Source: Chiloscyllium plagiosum
Taxonomy: Eukaryota
Assembly: GCF_004010195.1 (NCBI RefSeq)
Contig: NC_057718.1
Span: 48,667,859-48,731,858, forward strand
Length of the DNA stretch: 64,000 bases
Direction: 5' to 3'
How positions within the stretch are numbered: the stretch's first letter is position 1; the number at the start of each line of letters is the position of its first letter. Both the position numbers and the translations under genes were made by a program. The notes below the pieces were generated by a model, which was given only the letters and a program-made list of their open reading frames with translations, made no database searches and was not told the DNA's origin. Below, one piece after another: positions 12,656 through 25,375 of the stretch.

Positions 12656-14080
12656 CAAAAAATACTGCCAAGGTTTTAGTCTTTGTGTTGCTTTGTTTGC
12701 ATTGTGGGTGGAGTGATCACGACAACTGGCCAATGTCATAGTGAGAAGTTCAAACTATTGGATGCATGGGGTCCATTTAAAACCAACTAGTTAGCTGCCT
12801 CTGCATATCAGTTGCTGGTAGGTAGGTCAGGACAGTGAAAAAATAGCCAGAGCCTGCAGTAAGGGGTAAATAAGAAGGCTGGACTAATTGTAAGGAAGGG
12901 CGGGACTGGGGGGTGGTCTGGTAAGGGTTGGGAGTTGTTGATGACACAGTGTTTTACTGAAGAAATGAAGGTTTAACAACAAAGTGCAAGAAGAGAAATG
13001 AAGGTCATCCTGAATCCAAAAACAAAGTTTGCCAAAACAAAAATTATTCTTGTCGGATTTGCTTCCAACAATCACTTTGAGTGAAGTTGAGTCTAGCCTG
13101 CTTTGAAGAATGGACACAAGTGCTCTTGGGCAGATACTGTACAAAATACAGCCATAATGATACAGGGGATCCTGAATGCATCATACATGTTTGATTTGCA
13201 GGGCTTAATGAGGTTCTGTCTCTTTCCAGTGGGAGACCTGTCTGACTAAAACAGGCCTGCTCAAAAATCAGAGGGTTGGCTTTTGAAAGAAAGTTGGCAT
13301 GAATTGATTTTTTGTAATATTAACCTCATTACTGTGTTTGGTCACATGTAGCAATTGAATCTAGCAGCAATAAATAGAGGGAAGAATGTTCCATGGTCCA
13401 GAAAATACACTGAAGGTCAGAAACTCTGCTTATCTAGTTTTATATTGAATATTTACTTAAGAAATACAATTGTTATTATCTATAATTTGAAAAACAATAA
13501 TGATATCTGTATATTACTCTAAACCTTCTGTTTTTCTTTGTTATTGTAATCTTATTTATTGTTAAGTTGATAATTCAAGCCACAGTTTATTTCAGTTTGC
13601 CAATGTCAAGGAGATGATGTGAGAGCATGTGATATGCTCAGTAAACCAAAGCACAGTGACAAAAGTTTCTGATTGATGCTGGGATGACCACAATTATTTC
13701 GAAGTTGTGCGGGCAAAGGCATGCGCTGGTTGGTAGAGAACATAGACTTATGGAGAAGAGTGCTTAATGCTACTGAAGACAAGCAATATCTGACAGATAA
13801 CATTTAATGTATAATTTAAGACATACTAATTTTTTCCACAGATGATTATGATAAAGACATATCAAAGCAATAAAGTTCAACAATGAAAAGAATGACAAGA
13901 CCATTAAATAGCTGACTCAGAGTTTTGACAATACCCAGATGCTTTTTCAGTCTGCACACCCGTCTCTTAGAATTTGAACCTGAACACACAAAAATGTGAC
14001 AAGATATTTTAGCAATGAATTTGTCTTGTGTCTTGCTGGCGAATAATTTGTGTTGGGCTGTTTCGAGAGAAGACATTGAC

Positions 14081-14278
14081 TGATTGAATTGAATTTGAAT
14101 TGAATTTATTGTCACGTGTACCGAGGCACAGTGTAAGGCTTTGTCTTGCAAACAATACAGGCAGATCACAGAGTTAAGTAGCATAGATAGTAAATAATAG
14201 GGAAACAGCGACAAAAACAAAGACATGGGTACAGGCGAAAGCTAAGAGTTTGTGAGTCTATTCAGTATTCTAACAACA
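14081..14278 (-). mobile_element. Rex1/Babar-like LINE 3' UTR
   Basis: Nearly identical to 59088-59280, including the (attga)n tail. Confidence 0.75.
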
Positions 14279-14489
14279 CTGACTAACACCATTTGACTGC
14301 AGAATTGGACTTTCTCTTGTTCAATTATTCATGCTGGGTTTTCTTTTGAAGTTTCTAAAAATGATATGCTTGATAAGACCAAAGTTGAACTGAATTGAAT
14401 TGAATTATATTCAAGGTGAGGAATATTATAAATGGAACAGATTTGTTTGGCCAATTTTGAGACCTGAATTCTCCAATTCCCACTTCCTT

Positions 14490-17400
14490 GATCTTGTTTA
14501 ATAAGCTGTTGCATTGTTTTGGAACATTGGGGAAAAAAGATCAAAACAACGGCACTTTTAAAAGGAGGAAGACAGACAAAAGGCAGCAACCACATGGTCA
14601 GTGACGGAGAGAGAGAAAGAAACCTACAATACTAACTAACACAGCAGTGAATCTATACAGTGACTGGTTCTGCTGTTTGAGTTCATGTATCTCTGGACAT
14701 TGGAGTGCATCTAGGAAAAATTAACAAACAGTGAAATTCACAGCTAACCTTGGAGGAACCTGTGTGGGAGAGCTCACAGCATCGGAACAGATAAATGCAT
14801 AGTTTTTAAGTGTACCCTTGCTGTAAGTCTACAGTAGTGAGTAGATTGTTCAGAAACACTCCCCAGGACCTTACCATTAAATGTATAAATCCTGCTCTGA
14901 GTTGCTTTTCCAAAATGCAGCACCTCGCATTTATCTAAATTAAAGTCCATCTGCTACTCCTCAGCCCATTGGCCCATCTGATCAAGATCCCATTGTATTC
15001 TGAGGTAACCTTCTTTTCTGTCCACTACACTTCCAATTTTGGTGTCATCTCCAAAATGACTAACTATCCCTCCTATGTTCACATCCAAATCATTTATATA
15101 AATGATGAAAAGCAATGGACCCAGCACTGATCCTTGAAGCATACCACTCCAGTCTGAAAAGCAACCCTCCACTACCACCCTCTGTCTTCTACCTTTGAGT
15201 CAGTGCTGTATCCAAATGGCGAGTTCTCCCTGTACTCCATGAGATCTAACCTTGCTAACCAGTCTTCCATGTGGAACCTTGTCGAACACCTCACTGAAGT
15301 CCATAAAGATCATGTCTACTGCTCTGCCTCATCAATCCTTTCTGCTACTTCTTCAAAAAACTCAAACAAGTTTGTGAGACATGAGTTTCCAAGCACAACG
15401 CCATGCTGAATACCCTAATCAGTCCTTGCCTTTCCAAATACTGTCCCTCAGGACTCCCTCCAACAACTTTCCCACCACCGACGTCAGGCTCACTGGTCTA
15501 TAGTTCCCTGGCTTTTCCTCACCACCTTCCTTAAATAGTGGCACCGCATCAGCCAATCTCCAGTCTTCTGGCACCTCATCTGTGACTATCAATTATACAA
15601 ATATCTCAGCAAGGGGTCCAGCAATCACATTCCTAGCTTCCCGCCAAGTTCCAGGGTACACCTGATCAGGTCCTGGGGATTTATCCACCTTTCTGCATTT
15701 CAAGACATCCAGCACTTCCTCCTATGTAATATGGAGATTTTTCAAGATGTCACCATCTATTTCCCCACATTTTATATCTTCCATGTCCTTCTCCACAGTA
15801 AGCATTGATGCAAAATACTCATTTAGTATCTCTCCCATCTCCTGTGGCTCCACACAAAGGCCGCCTTGCTGATCTTTGAGGGGCCCTATTCTCTTCCTAG
15901 TTACCCTTTTATCCTTAATATTTTTATAAAATCCCTTTGGATTCTCCTTAACTCTATTTGCCAAAGCTATCTCATGTCCCCTTTATGACTTTCTGATTTC
16001 CCTCTTAAGTATACTCCTACTGCCTTCACTCGATTTCTCCTGTATATACCAGACAAAGGCTCCCTTCATTTTCTTAACTAAAACCTCAATTTCTCTAGTC
16101 ATCCAGCTTTCCCTACATCTATCAGCCTTTCCTTTCACCCTGACTGGAATATATTGTCTCTGGACTCTCGTTACCTTATTTGTGAAGGCTTCCCATTTTC
16201 CAGCAGTACCTTTATCTTTGAACATCTGCCCCCAATCAGCTTTTGAAAGTTCTTGCCAAACACTGTCAAAGTTAGCTTTCCTCCGATTTAGAACTTCCAC
16301 TTTTAGATCTAATCTATCCTTTTCCATCACTATTTAAAAACAAATAGAATTGTGGTTGCTGGCCCCAATGTGCTCCTCCACTGACACCTCAGTCACCTGC
16401 CCTGCCTTATTTCCCAAGAGTAGGTCAAGTTTTGCACCTTCTCTAGTAGGTACAACCACACATTGAATCAGAAGCATTTCTTGTACACACTTAACAAATT
16501 CCTCTCCATCTTCACGCTTAACACTATGACAGTCCTAGTCTATGTTTGGAAAGTAAAAATCCCCTATCATAACCACACTATTATTCTTAAACAGAAATTT
16601 CCTTAAAAAATTGTTTCTCAATTTCCTGCTGACTATTAGGGGGTCTGTAATACAATCTCAAAATAAGGTGATCATCTCTTTTTTTATTTCTCAGTTCCAC
16701 CCAAATAACTTCCCTGGATGTATTCCCAGGAATATCCTCCCTAAGTATAGCAGCAATGCTATCCCTATTAAAAACACCACTCCCCCTCCTCTCTTGCCCC
16801 CCCCCGCCTTTGTACCCTTCCTTTAGCATTTGCATCCTGGAACATTGAGCTGGCAGTCCTGTCCATCCCTGAGCCACATTTCTGTAAGATTAGATTCCCC
16901 TACAGTATGGAAACAGGCCCTTTGGCCCAACAAGTCCCCATGATCAATCCTCCATGATCACCACCATTACCACCACCATCGCTACCTTACTACTTTAAAT
17001 CCTCCCAAGCAGCACTATCAAGTTTTCCTGCCAGTATATTAGTCCCCTTTCAATTCAAGTGCAATCCGTCCTTCTTGTACAGGTCACTTTCACCCCAGAA
17101 GAGATTCCAATGATCCAAAAATGTGAATCATTCTCCCCTTCACCAGTTCCTCAGCCACACATTCATCTGCTCTATCCTCCACTTCCTACCCTCACTAGCT
17201 CGTAGCACTGGGAGTAATCCAGATATTACAACCCTCATGGACCTTCTTTTTAAATTCCTGTCTAACTCTCTGTATTCTCCCTTCAGAATCCTATCGTTTT
17301 CCCTTTCTATGTCATTGCTTCCAATGTGTACTATGACGTCCTGCTGGGCCGTCTTCCCCTTGAGAACATTCTGCACCCTCTCTGAGACATCCTTGATCCT

Positions 17401-18490
17401 GTCACTAGGGAGGCAACATACCATTCTGATTTTTCGCTGCTGGCCACAGTCAAGTCTTCCTGTGCCTCAGACTAGAGAGTCCCCTACCACAATCGATCCC
17501 TTGGAAGCCCCCTCATTATATCATAGCCAGTCTCAATACCAGAAACTTGGCTGTTTGTCCTACATTCCCTTGAGAGTTCATCACCTCCACATTTTCCAAA
17601 ACAGCGTACTTGTTTGAAATGGGGATAGCCACAGAAGACTTCTGCACTACCTGTCTACCCCTCCTACTTTTCCTGGAGTTAACCCATCTACTGGACTGTA
17701 TCTGCGGCTTTTCTTATTTCCTATATCTGCCATTCATCACACCCCCTAGCTCTTGTAAATTCCTTTTTGCCTCTAACTGCCACTCCAACTGGTCCATAGG
17801 ATTCGCAATCACAGACACTTCCTGCAGTGATAATCATCAGAAACATGGAAACTCTCCCTAAATTCCTACATCTGACAAGAAGAGCACTCTACTAAAAGCC
17901 ATCTTTGCTGCTTCACAATCTACAGACTCAGAAAATAGCAACATCTTTTTGCTCCAAAGCACAGTGCTCCAGGTTAACTTAGTACTTTTGATTTGTATTT
18001 TTAAACTTTAATCAAATATCAGATCTGAGGATTTATAAGGATGTTGCCAGGGTTGGAGTATTTGAGCTATCGGGAGAAGCTGAATAGGTTGGGGCTGTTT
18101 TCCCTGGAGCGTCGGAGTCTGGGGGGTGACATTGCAGAGGTTTATAAAATCATGAGGGGTATGGATAGGATAAATAGACAAGGTATTTTCCTTGGGGTGA
18201 GGGAGTCCAAAACTAGAGGGCATAGGTATAGGGTGAGAGGGGAAAGATGTAAAAGGGACCTAAAGGGCAACTTTTTCACACAGAGGGTGGTGTGTGTATG
18301 GAATGAGCTGCCAAAGGAAGTGGTAGAGGCTGGTACAATTACAATATCTGAAAGACATCTGGGTGTGTATATGAATATGAAGGGTTTAGAGGAAGATGAG
18401 CCAAGTGCTGGCAAAAGGGACGAGATTAGGTTAGGACATCTGGTTGGCATGGATGAGTTGGACTGAAGGGTCTATTTTCATGCTGTATAC
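14490..18490 (+). mobile_element. Full-length CR1 with internal ~3.15-kb inversion (5'UTR +, body -, 3' end +)
   Basis: 14490-14848 is the reverse complement of 50040-50400 (5'UTR of the intact copy). 14849-18015 carries RT, endonuclease and SGNH ORF1 (MVCCLP..KDVSERVQ..HIGSND) on the minus strand. 18028-18490 is the CR1 3' end on the plus strand. Confidence 0.88.
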
Positions 18491-19224
18491 TTTATCCAAA
18501 GTCTAGGACACAACATTGGAGAGCTGTATTCAGGAATGGAACACGTGATCCCAATGCAGGGGAAATGGCATTCTAATCAATTCTTGCCCCCATGACCCAT
18601 CTACATATACACAGTTGCACCTTTAATATCAAGCCATTGGCATAAAAGCTCTTGAAGGCATTTATAACCATATAAATATTTTCAGTAATTGTAGGTTCAT
18701 TCAAATCCAACTGTGGTGGCTTTCCAGTATCCACTGTGACTATGTTTTTTGAGGTTAAATTAGTGTAAAATATATCATTCCAACTTTGAATTAAACTGTT
18801 AATATTGCATAATATATTTTTATTTTACAGTCAGGTTACTGATATCTGGAGGGGGAATTTTGACATAATTACCTTTTGTCAGAAGCCCTTTCGGCTAGAT
18901 TTTCTCAATAGAATGGTTCCCCCAAATGTAAATGCATCTTCTGATCCAGATGACTTTATTTGCATTCATTTATAAATTGCTGTGGGTGTGAGTTTAAAAT
19001 CAATGATCTGATTTTGCGCATGCCTGGGTTGCTCCCCCTACTGGTGCCGTTCCATATTCAGTAGATGTAAATAGTGTTACAGTCGTGAAGAGAGTGAGAG
19101 AGCTTTGCTCTAGGTTAAAGCAGCTGCCGAGAATCTATGTGTAGACCCCGATAGCCCACAGATACTATGGAGAAGTACTTAATTATGCTAGTAGCTCTGT
19201 AGCCTAAAACATAGAATAAAGCAA

Positions 19225-20280
19225 CTGGCAAGCGTCCAGGCTAATACACTGGGGACATGGATTCACAGTAGCTAGTGGAATTTAAATTCAATTCATAAAG
19301 AAATCTGAAATGGAAAGCTAGACTGGGCTTTTCTTCCTTTTGTTTTCGGTGGGAGGTGGTAGGTGTCTTTAAGGGCTAGTAATTTCCTGCTCCCAATGGC
19401 CAGAAAGTTGATCAGATCAAGTGCCAATCCATTATTTAAGTACTGACTGCTTCAGTTCTTGGTCAGCCAGGTCCTGCAGGTGGGAGAAGACCAGCTCTGG
19501 TTGAAGCTGACAACTATTGGAAGTTGGTAGTGATTGGGACTTTCTAATGGAAAGTGTTTTCTTTGGGTTGTGGGAGTGTGGAGGGGGGAAGGTGTTGAGG
19601 ATCATGAGTTGGATGTCACAGGGGAGATGTGTCGGGGAGGGATTGGGGACAAGGTCATGGGAATGGCTTTCAATGGTCCCATCCTTCTTTCCTCCATCTG
19701 TGCCTCCAAATTGGGTCCAAATTGGGTCAAATTGAAACCCCCTTCCTGCCCTCTCCCACCTAAACTAGGCAGCGGACTGACTGCTTTTTCCTGTTGGGAA
19801 GACAGCCACCTGTCATGCTTGCCTGTCGGGCAGGTAATGAGCTGAGCTCTTTCAGTGATTGTTAATTGACCATTCAATAGCCTTAATTGGTGGCAGGTTG
19901 GGAAGGTTGCTCACAGATTTGCCTTCTCAGAAATTAATTGCTGAGGTAGCAGGAAGAGGGCAGGTAACCCACTCAATATTGGCTTTTCCCATTACACCTT
20001 CTACTTCTTGCTGGGAGGGGAAAATCCCACCTCTAGTGTTAAAATATCTGAAATTATCATCAATCATCCTCAAAACTCAACTGGTTCTCATTGCTCGTTA
20101 GGGAATAAAATCTGCTGAACATTCTTGATCTGTCCTGGCTCAGATCCACAGCAACATGGTTGACACTTAACTGGTGTCTGAAATGGCCTAGCAAGCTTCT
20201 CAAGGACAAGGACAGTTAGCATGGACGGCAAATACCAGCCTTTACAGCAACAACCACATCCCATGATAGAATAAATAAAA
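19225..20280 (+). mobile_element. Family-B SINE split by a ~700-bp insertion (19325-20035)
   Basis: Head (ctggggacatggattc...ggaatttaaattcaatt) and body/tail (cagatccacagcaacatggttgac...cacatcccatgatagaataaataaa) are colinear with the copy at 55730-56060; the insert has weak TIR-like ends gggcttttcttcc / ggggaaaatccc. Confidence 0.5.
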
Positions 20281-20544
20281 ATGTAAAGCTAGTAAACCTT
20301 AGCCTGCTTGGTGATTATATTGATGAAACTGTCAAAATGCCTGGGATACACTTGACAAGTTAAAGACTTGATAAAGCACCTCACACAGCAGGTATACGCA
20401 TTGAAAATTCACATGTAGGTATCATGTGAATCCTCTTACTCAGAGAATGCTGTTAAAAATCCGATCTCTAGAATTCCATTTTGTAAGAAAGAAAACTGAG
20501 TATCAACTTTATGCTTCTTAAAAGTCTTCAGGGCACCCTGAAAT

Positions 20545-20758
20545 ATTTTCCAGTTGAGAAAAAATGACAATTTACCTGCCCTTCTTTGAACGAGTAACAT
20601 GGGATTCTTCACACTCACCTGAGACGTGGAAATGAATTAGATTCAAAAGATCTCTCGGGACTGGCAGCTTCAAAATGCTCAACTTTTTGGCGTGGACGTG
20701 AACCCACAATGTTCAGATTCTTTGGTGAGAGTGCTACCCACGAGCCACATTTGACACA
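20545..20758 (-). mobile_element. Decayed DeuSINE-like SINE
   Basis: cctgcccttctttgaa...catgggattcttcacactcacctgag...gtgaacccacaa...gagagtgctacccacgagccac (reverse of a tRNA-like head). Confidence 0.5.
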
Positions 20759-21759
20759 GTCAGTATGTTGAAGTTGGCAGTTTGTTACTGAGAAATTCTA
20801 AGAGCTAACACACATTTAACAATTTGTTGATGCATCCAGGCATTACATCATTTAAAATTGCTCTAGTTTAAACAAATACTCATATTCTGTTCCCTTCTAT
20901 GAATATCACTGCATTGATGATGTATTTGTTTATCAAATGCTCCTCTTTAAACAGCAGAGCTCTCTTTGACACTATATTCGAGCTGACATGTACAGTGGCA
21001 ACAGTCCTCATCAATATCAACTGTTCACAATGCACGCTTCAGGACTTTTTAAAACAAGCTGCAGGCTGATTCTGTCATCTCTGAAAAGAAGTTCATACTT
21101 TGGGCTTTTATCTCTCATATGGTCTTTCTGGTAATAATTGTTATCACAAAGTGACATTAGTGCTTTGAACTGAATCAGAATTCCAAATAAAACAGCAAAT
21201 TGCTTTCATTCAATAAATATTTGGGAGAAAAGTTTGAAAATATGGCCTAACTACTATAGCTTTGGAAGAAGAGATTGTCCAGAACTGTATTTTGTTTTCA
21301 TGTTCTACTCCTTTTCACGTTGGCTAGCTTTGTGTTTGTTTTAAAACTACAGTAAAAATAAAGTGAATTGGAGTGATTTCTGTCTGCCTACAACCCCATT
21401 CAAAAACAGGTAGTAGGTAATTTAACTTTTAAAAATAAAAATGGTATCATCCACCAGCTACCCAACACTCACCTGCAACAACTTTTAAGCGAGAGCTAGT
21501 TGGAAGCTTTCTTAAAATTATTAGGTTAGGATCTGACACAATCAGTATGATAAGGTTGGCTGTTTGTTACTGAGAAATCCTAAGTGCGAACACACATTTA
21601 ATGTTGATACATGTAAGATCCAAAATACTTTTCAAGAGTAGTTTAAAAGCAATTGAATTTGCAGAAATACCAAAATTGTAAATTAGCAGCTGGAACATAT
21701 TTGCAGCAGAACAGACTGAGTTTTGTATTATATTGATAGATACTTCAACCCCAAAGAAC

Positions 21760-22990
21760 AGAACAGTCAAGGGATACAATAGAAGCTCATGCAAAGAAGA
21801 TGAAGGCATGTCCTCATGGAGTAAGCAGTGTTCTCACTGCAAGAAGCAAAACCATTTTGCATATAAGTATAGGACTAGTAGGAAGCACAAAAAACAAGTA
21901 CAGAAAACCTTTGGAGATATATCAGCTGAAGATTCTGATGAATCACCATATAATGGATTGGTCCAGAAGGGTGAATATGTGACATATGTTTTGTGATTGT
22001 TGGAATGACGACTGGAGGAGGAGAACATCAAGTCAATACAAAGTATCGGATAACATTAATATATTATGCAACATCATTTCCTTCATAGACTGAAGTGGCT
22101 CAACAAGGCAATCCAAAAGCCAAGCCCTTGAACATAAATTTGGGGCAATATTGTGGCACAATACTCAATACAAATTAATCTGTGACCTGAATGCAACAAC
22201 GTGAATGGAGATCTGGAGTTCCAAATGATAGATAGTAAGTAAAAGTTATTTATCTCAGTTGGATCATGTCCAATAATTCAACTGATAAGCTTCAACATGC
22301 GTAAAGAGATTTGCAACGTGTCACAACACATTATGAAATTAACCATGGAACAGATCGTAGAGGAGTATAATTATGTATTTACAGGACTGGGATATCCAGG
22401 AGACTAACACCTCAAATTCGTGGAGAGTGTTAGACAAATCCTATAACTGCTGAGGGAAGTTTGCACTGCCTTCAAACACAAATGAAACAGAGGGTCAATA
22501 AAGTAATCAAGAAAGTGACAACTCCTCCAGAATAGAAGATATGTGAGCAGAGAGTTTACCCAAAACCTCTAAATAAAGCACTGAAGCGATCTTACTATCT
22601 CATGCCAATGATTGAAGGAACTTTACCACAACTTGGAAAGACAAAAAAACTTTACTGTCAGAGATGCAAAGGAATACTACTGGCAAGTGAAGCTAGATGA
22701 AAGTTACAGTTTTCTAATGACATCCTGGATGCATTTTGAGAGATACAGCTGGTTGTACATGCCATTTGAAAGATCTGTAACACGGGACGAATAACAATGC
22801 AGACAACACAGGACAGTGACTTTCCCAGAGTGGAAATGATAGTGGAGATTATGGATGCAGACACATGGGAAAGTGGAAAATTTTCCTTTTTCAATATGAA
22901 GCTGCAGCATGATACTATCTTTAAACCATGAACCTGGCAGAGACATTGAATAAAGCAGACAAATGCACCTTGCACAACAATCAAGCAAAG
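21760..22990 (+). mobile_element. Decayed Ty3/Gypsy gag-pol remnant
   Basis: Zinc-knuckle-like CSHCKKQNHFAYKYR; EEYNYVFTGLG; RT segment FTVRDAKEYYWQVKLDESYSFLMTSWMHFERYSWLYMPF. Confidence 0.8.
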
Positions 22991-23689
22991 TGCTCAATAA
23001 GATGAAACTCTCCAAGTGTTGCAAACATTGTGATGAAAGGATAGCCTAAAAGCATCAAGGACACACTTGTTGCTCTCAGATCATTTTGGGCAGACAGTCC
23101 AAGTTGGCATATAGTACAAAACAACAGTCATCTCAGTTTTAGTCAAAAATCTGCCTTTTGAAACTGGTCACAGCTGAAGATTAAGGGATGCACGGTTTTC
23201 TTTTTTAGATCTAGGTCCATTTTAATAGTGACATCAGATGTCATCAGATCAATGAAACCACCAATTTTATTGTTGTCAAACTTTACCAGGTTCCACATTA
23301 AAGCGAGTCAGTCAATATTTTTAGACAAATTATTGTTTTTTTTTAACAAAAATTAACTACTCCAAGCAAAGATGCAAAGAATATTGGCAAACATTTAGAT
23401 AATTTAAATAAATAGATCTAGCATTACACACAACAAATGAAGGCACAAACATACTCGAGTCAAAGGAGAAAGAACGTAAAGGAAAACCCGAGGTGCTAAA
23501 TTTAAAGTATTTTTGCCAATTGTTAAACTCATGTAAAAAAGTTCGGTCATGGAATGTCCCACATGGTATTATATGGCTATACGTGCACAGGAAATTGGGA
23601 ATAAATAAAGCCATTCAGATTGCAAAATTTGCTCCGCCATGGTGACAGAATTAACTGGCATCCTGCCCAACCATGATGGCACTTACCAG

Positions 23690-25375
23690 TTTAGAAGATG
23701 GGCAGAAAGACCCAGAGGATGGTGGCACATATTCATGCTGGGGATTGAGCAGAATGAAAAAGGAGGAGTAGTGATCTGATACTGTGGTAAGAGGAATAAT
23801 GAATATAAGCTAGTATCCGTGTCAGGAACAGATCAACATCTTCATACTCACCCACTGTAAAGCCCCTTTTGTATCCAGTTAGCAAGCTCCCCCTGAATTC
23901 CATGTGATCTAACTTTACTAAATATTCTACAATGGAACCATTTCAAAGGCTTTATTAAAATCCATGTAAACAGCTTGTATCACTATGCCATATCAATCTT
24001 CTTTGTTAATTTCTCAAAGAGCTCAATCAAGTTTGTGAGACATGATTTCCCTTGCACAAAGCCATGCTGATTATCTTTAATCAGTCCTTGCCTCTGCAAA
24101 TAGATGTCAATCCTATCTTACAGAATCACCTCCACCAACTTACCCATAACCAATGTTAGACACACAGGTGCACAGTTCCCAGGCTTGTCCTTACAGCCTT
24201 TCCTAAATAAAAGCACAACATTGGCCATCCTTCAGTCCTCTGGCATCTCACCTGTGGTTAAAGATGATACAAATATCTCTTCTAGGGGCTCTGCAATTGC
24301 TTCCATCCTGTCTATCCCTCCTAAATATCAAACATTCCTGGGTATTCAGTTCCCAGACTAGGTCACCGTGCAGCTATGTTGCTGTGATGTCAATTGGATC
24401 TTGTATCTCTTGTATCTCTGTTTGTACCTTTAGATCATCTATCTTGGTGTGAATGTTGCCTGCATTCAGTAACAATTCCCTTAAATTTGTTTTATTTTTG
24501 GCATCATTGATGTTCAGCTTCATTTCTTCTGTCTTCTAATGTTGCTAGCCACTTTTCTAATTCCAGTTATCAACTTTTTACTCCTTCCAATTTGGGTTAC
24601 TCCACAGGCTCCCATGCCCCTGATAAATTAGTTTAAACCCACCTAATGAGCAAATCTCCCCGTGGGAATATCAGTCCTAGTCCTGTTCATATGTAACCTG
24701 TCCAGCTTGTACATATCCCACCTGCCAGAAACAGACTCAATACTTCAGAAATCTGATGCTGATGCTCCTCTACCAGTTCTCCAGCCATGTGTTCAATTGA
24801 TCAGTTTTTTTGTTCTTACACTTACTATGACAGGGCACTAAGATTAATCCTGAGATTACAGTCAGAATTACAGAGATGTACAGCACAGAAACACTCCCTT
24901 CAGTCCAACTCATCCCATTTGCTTGCATTTGACCTATATCCCTCTAAACCCTTCCTATTCATACACCCATCCAGATGCTTTTTAAATGCTCTAATTGTAC
25001 CAGCCTCCACCATTTCTTCTGGCAGCTCATTCCATGCATGCACCACCCTCTGCATGAAAGTGTTGTCCCTTAGGTTTCTTTTAAATCTTTCCCCTCTCAC
25101 TTTAAATCTATGCCTCTAGTTTTGGACTCCCCCCACCCTGGGGAAAAGATCTTGTCTATTTATCCTATCCATGCCCCTCATGATTTTATGACTTGAGCTC
25201 CCAGTTTTTAATTTCCCTCCTAACTCCCTGAAATCATCCCCCTTTCTATCTGCTCTATTGGTACCAATGTGGACCATGAACTGTTGTTGAACCTTCTCCC
25301 AGCAGGATGTCCTGCAACTATTCCATAACATCTTGCCTCTGGCACCAGGGAAGCACCGGTTCATCATGATAGTAG
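23690..25375 (-). mobile_element. Old rearranged CR1 (ORF1 SGNH, endonuclease start, RT fragment)
   Basis: Minus strand: MMNRCFPGARG, VHIGTN, RELGGKLK (ORF1) and an RT segment at 23850-24310; a plus-strand ORF1 block-I-like piece at 23690-23850. Confidence 0.65.
24862..25188 (-). mobile_element. Younger CR1 3' end inserted in the old CR1
   Basis: RGERFKRNLRDNTFMQRVVHAWNELPEEMVEA; similar to 34648-35000. Confidence 0.9.

Noticed and set aside
13820..13880. Strong plus-strand acceptor (tactaattttttccacag); similar site at ~26568
   Set aside because: No matching donor or recognisable peptide; such sites are common in AT-rich introns.
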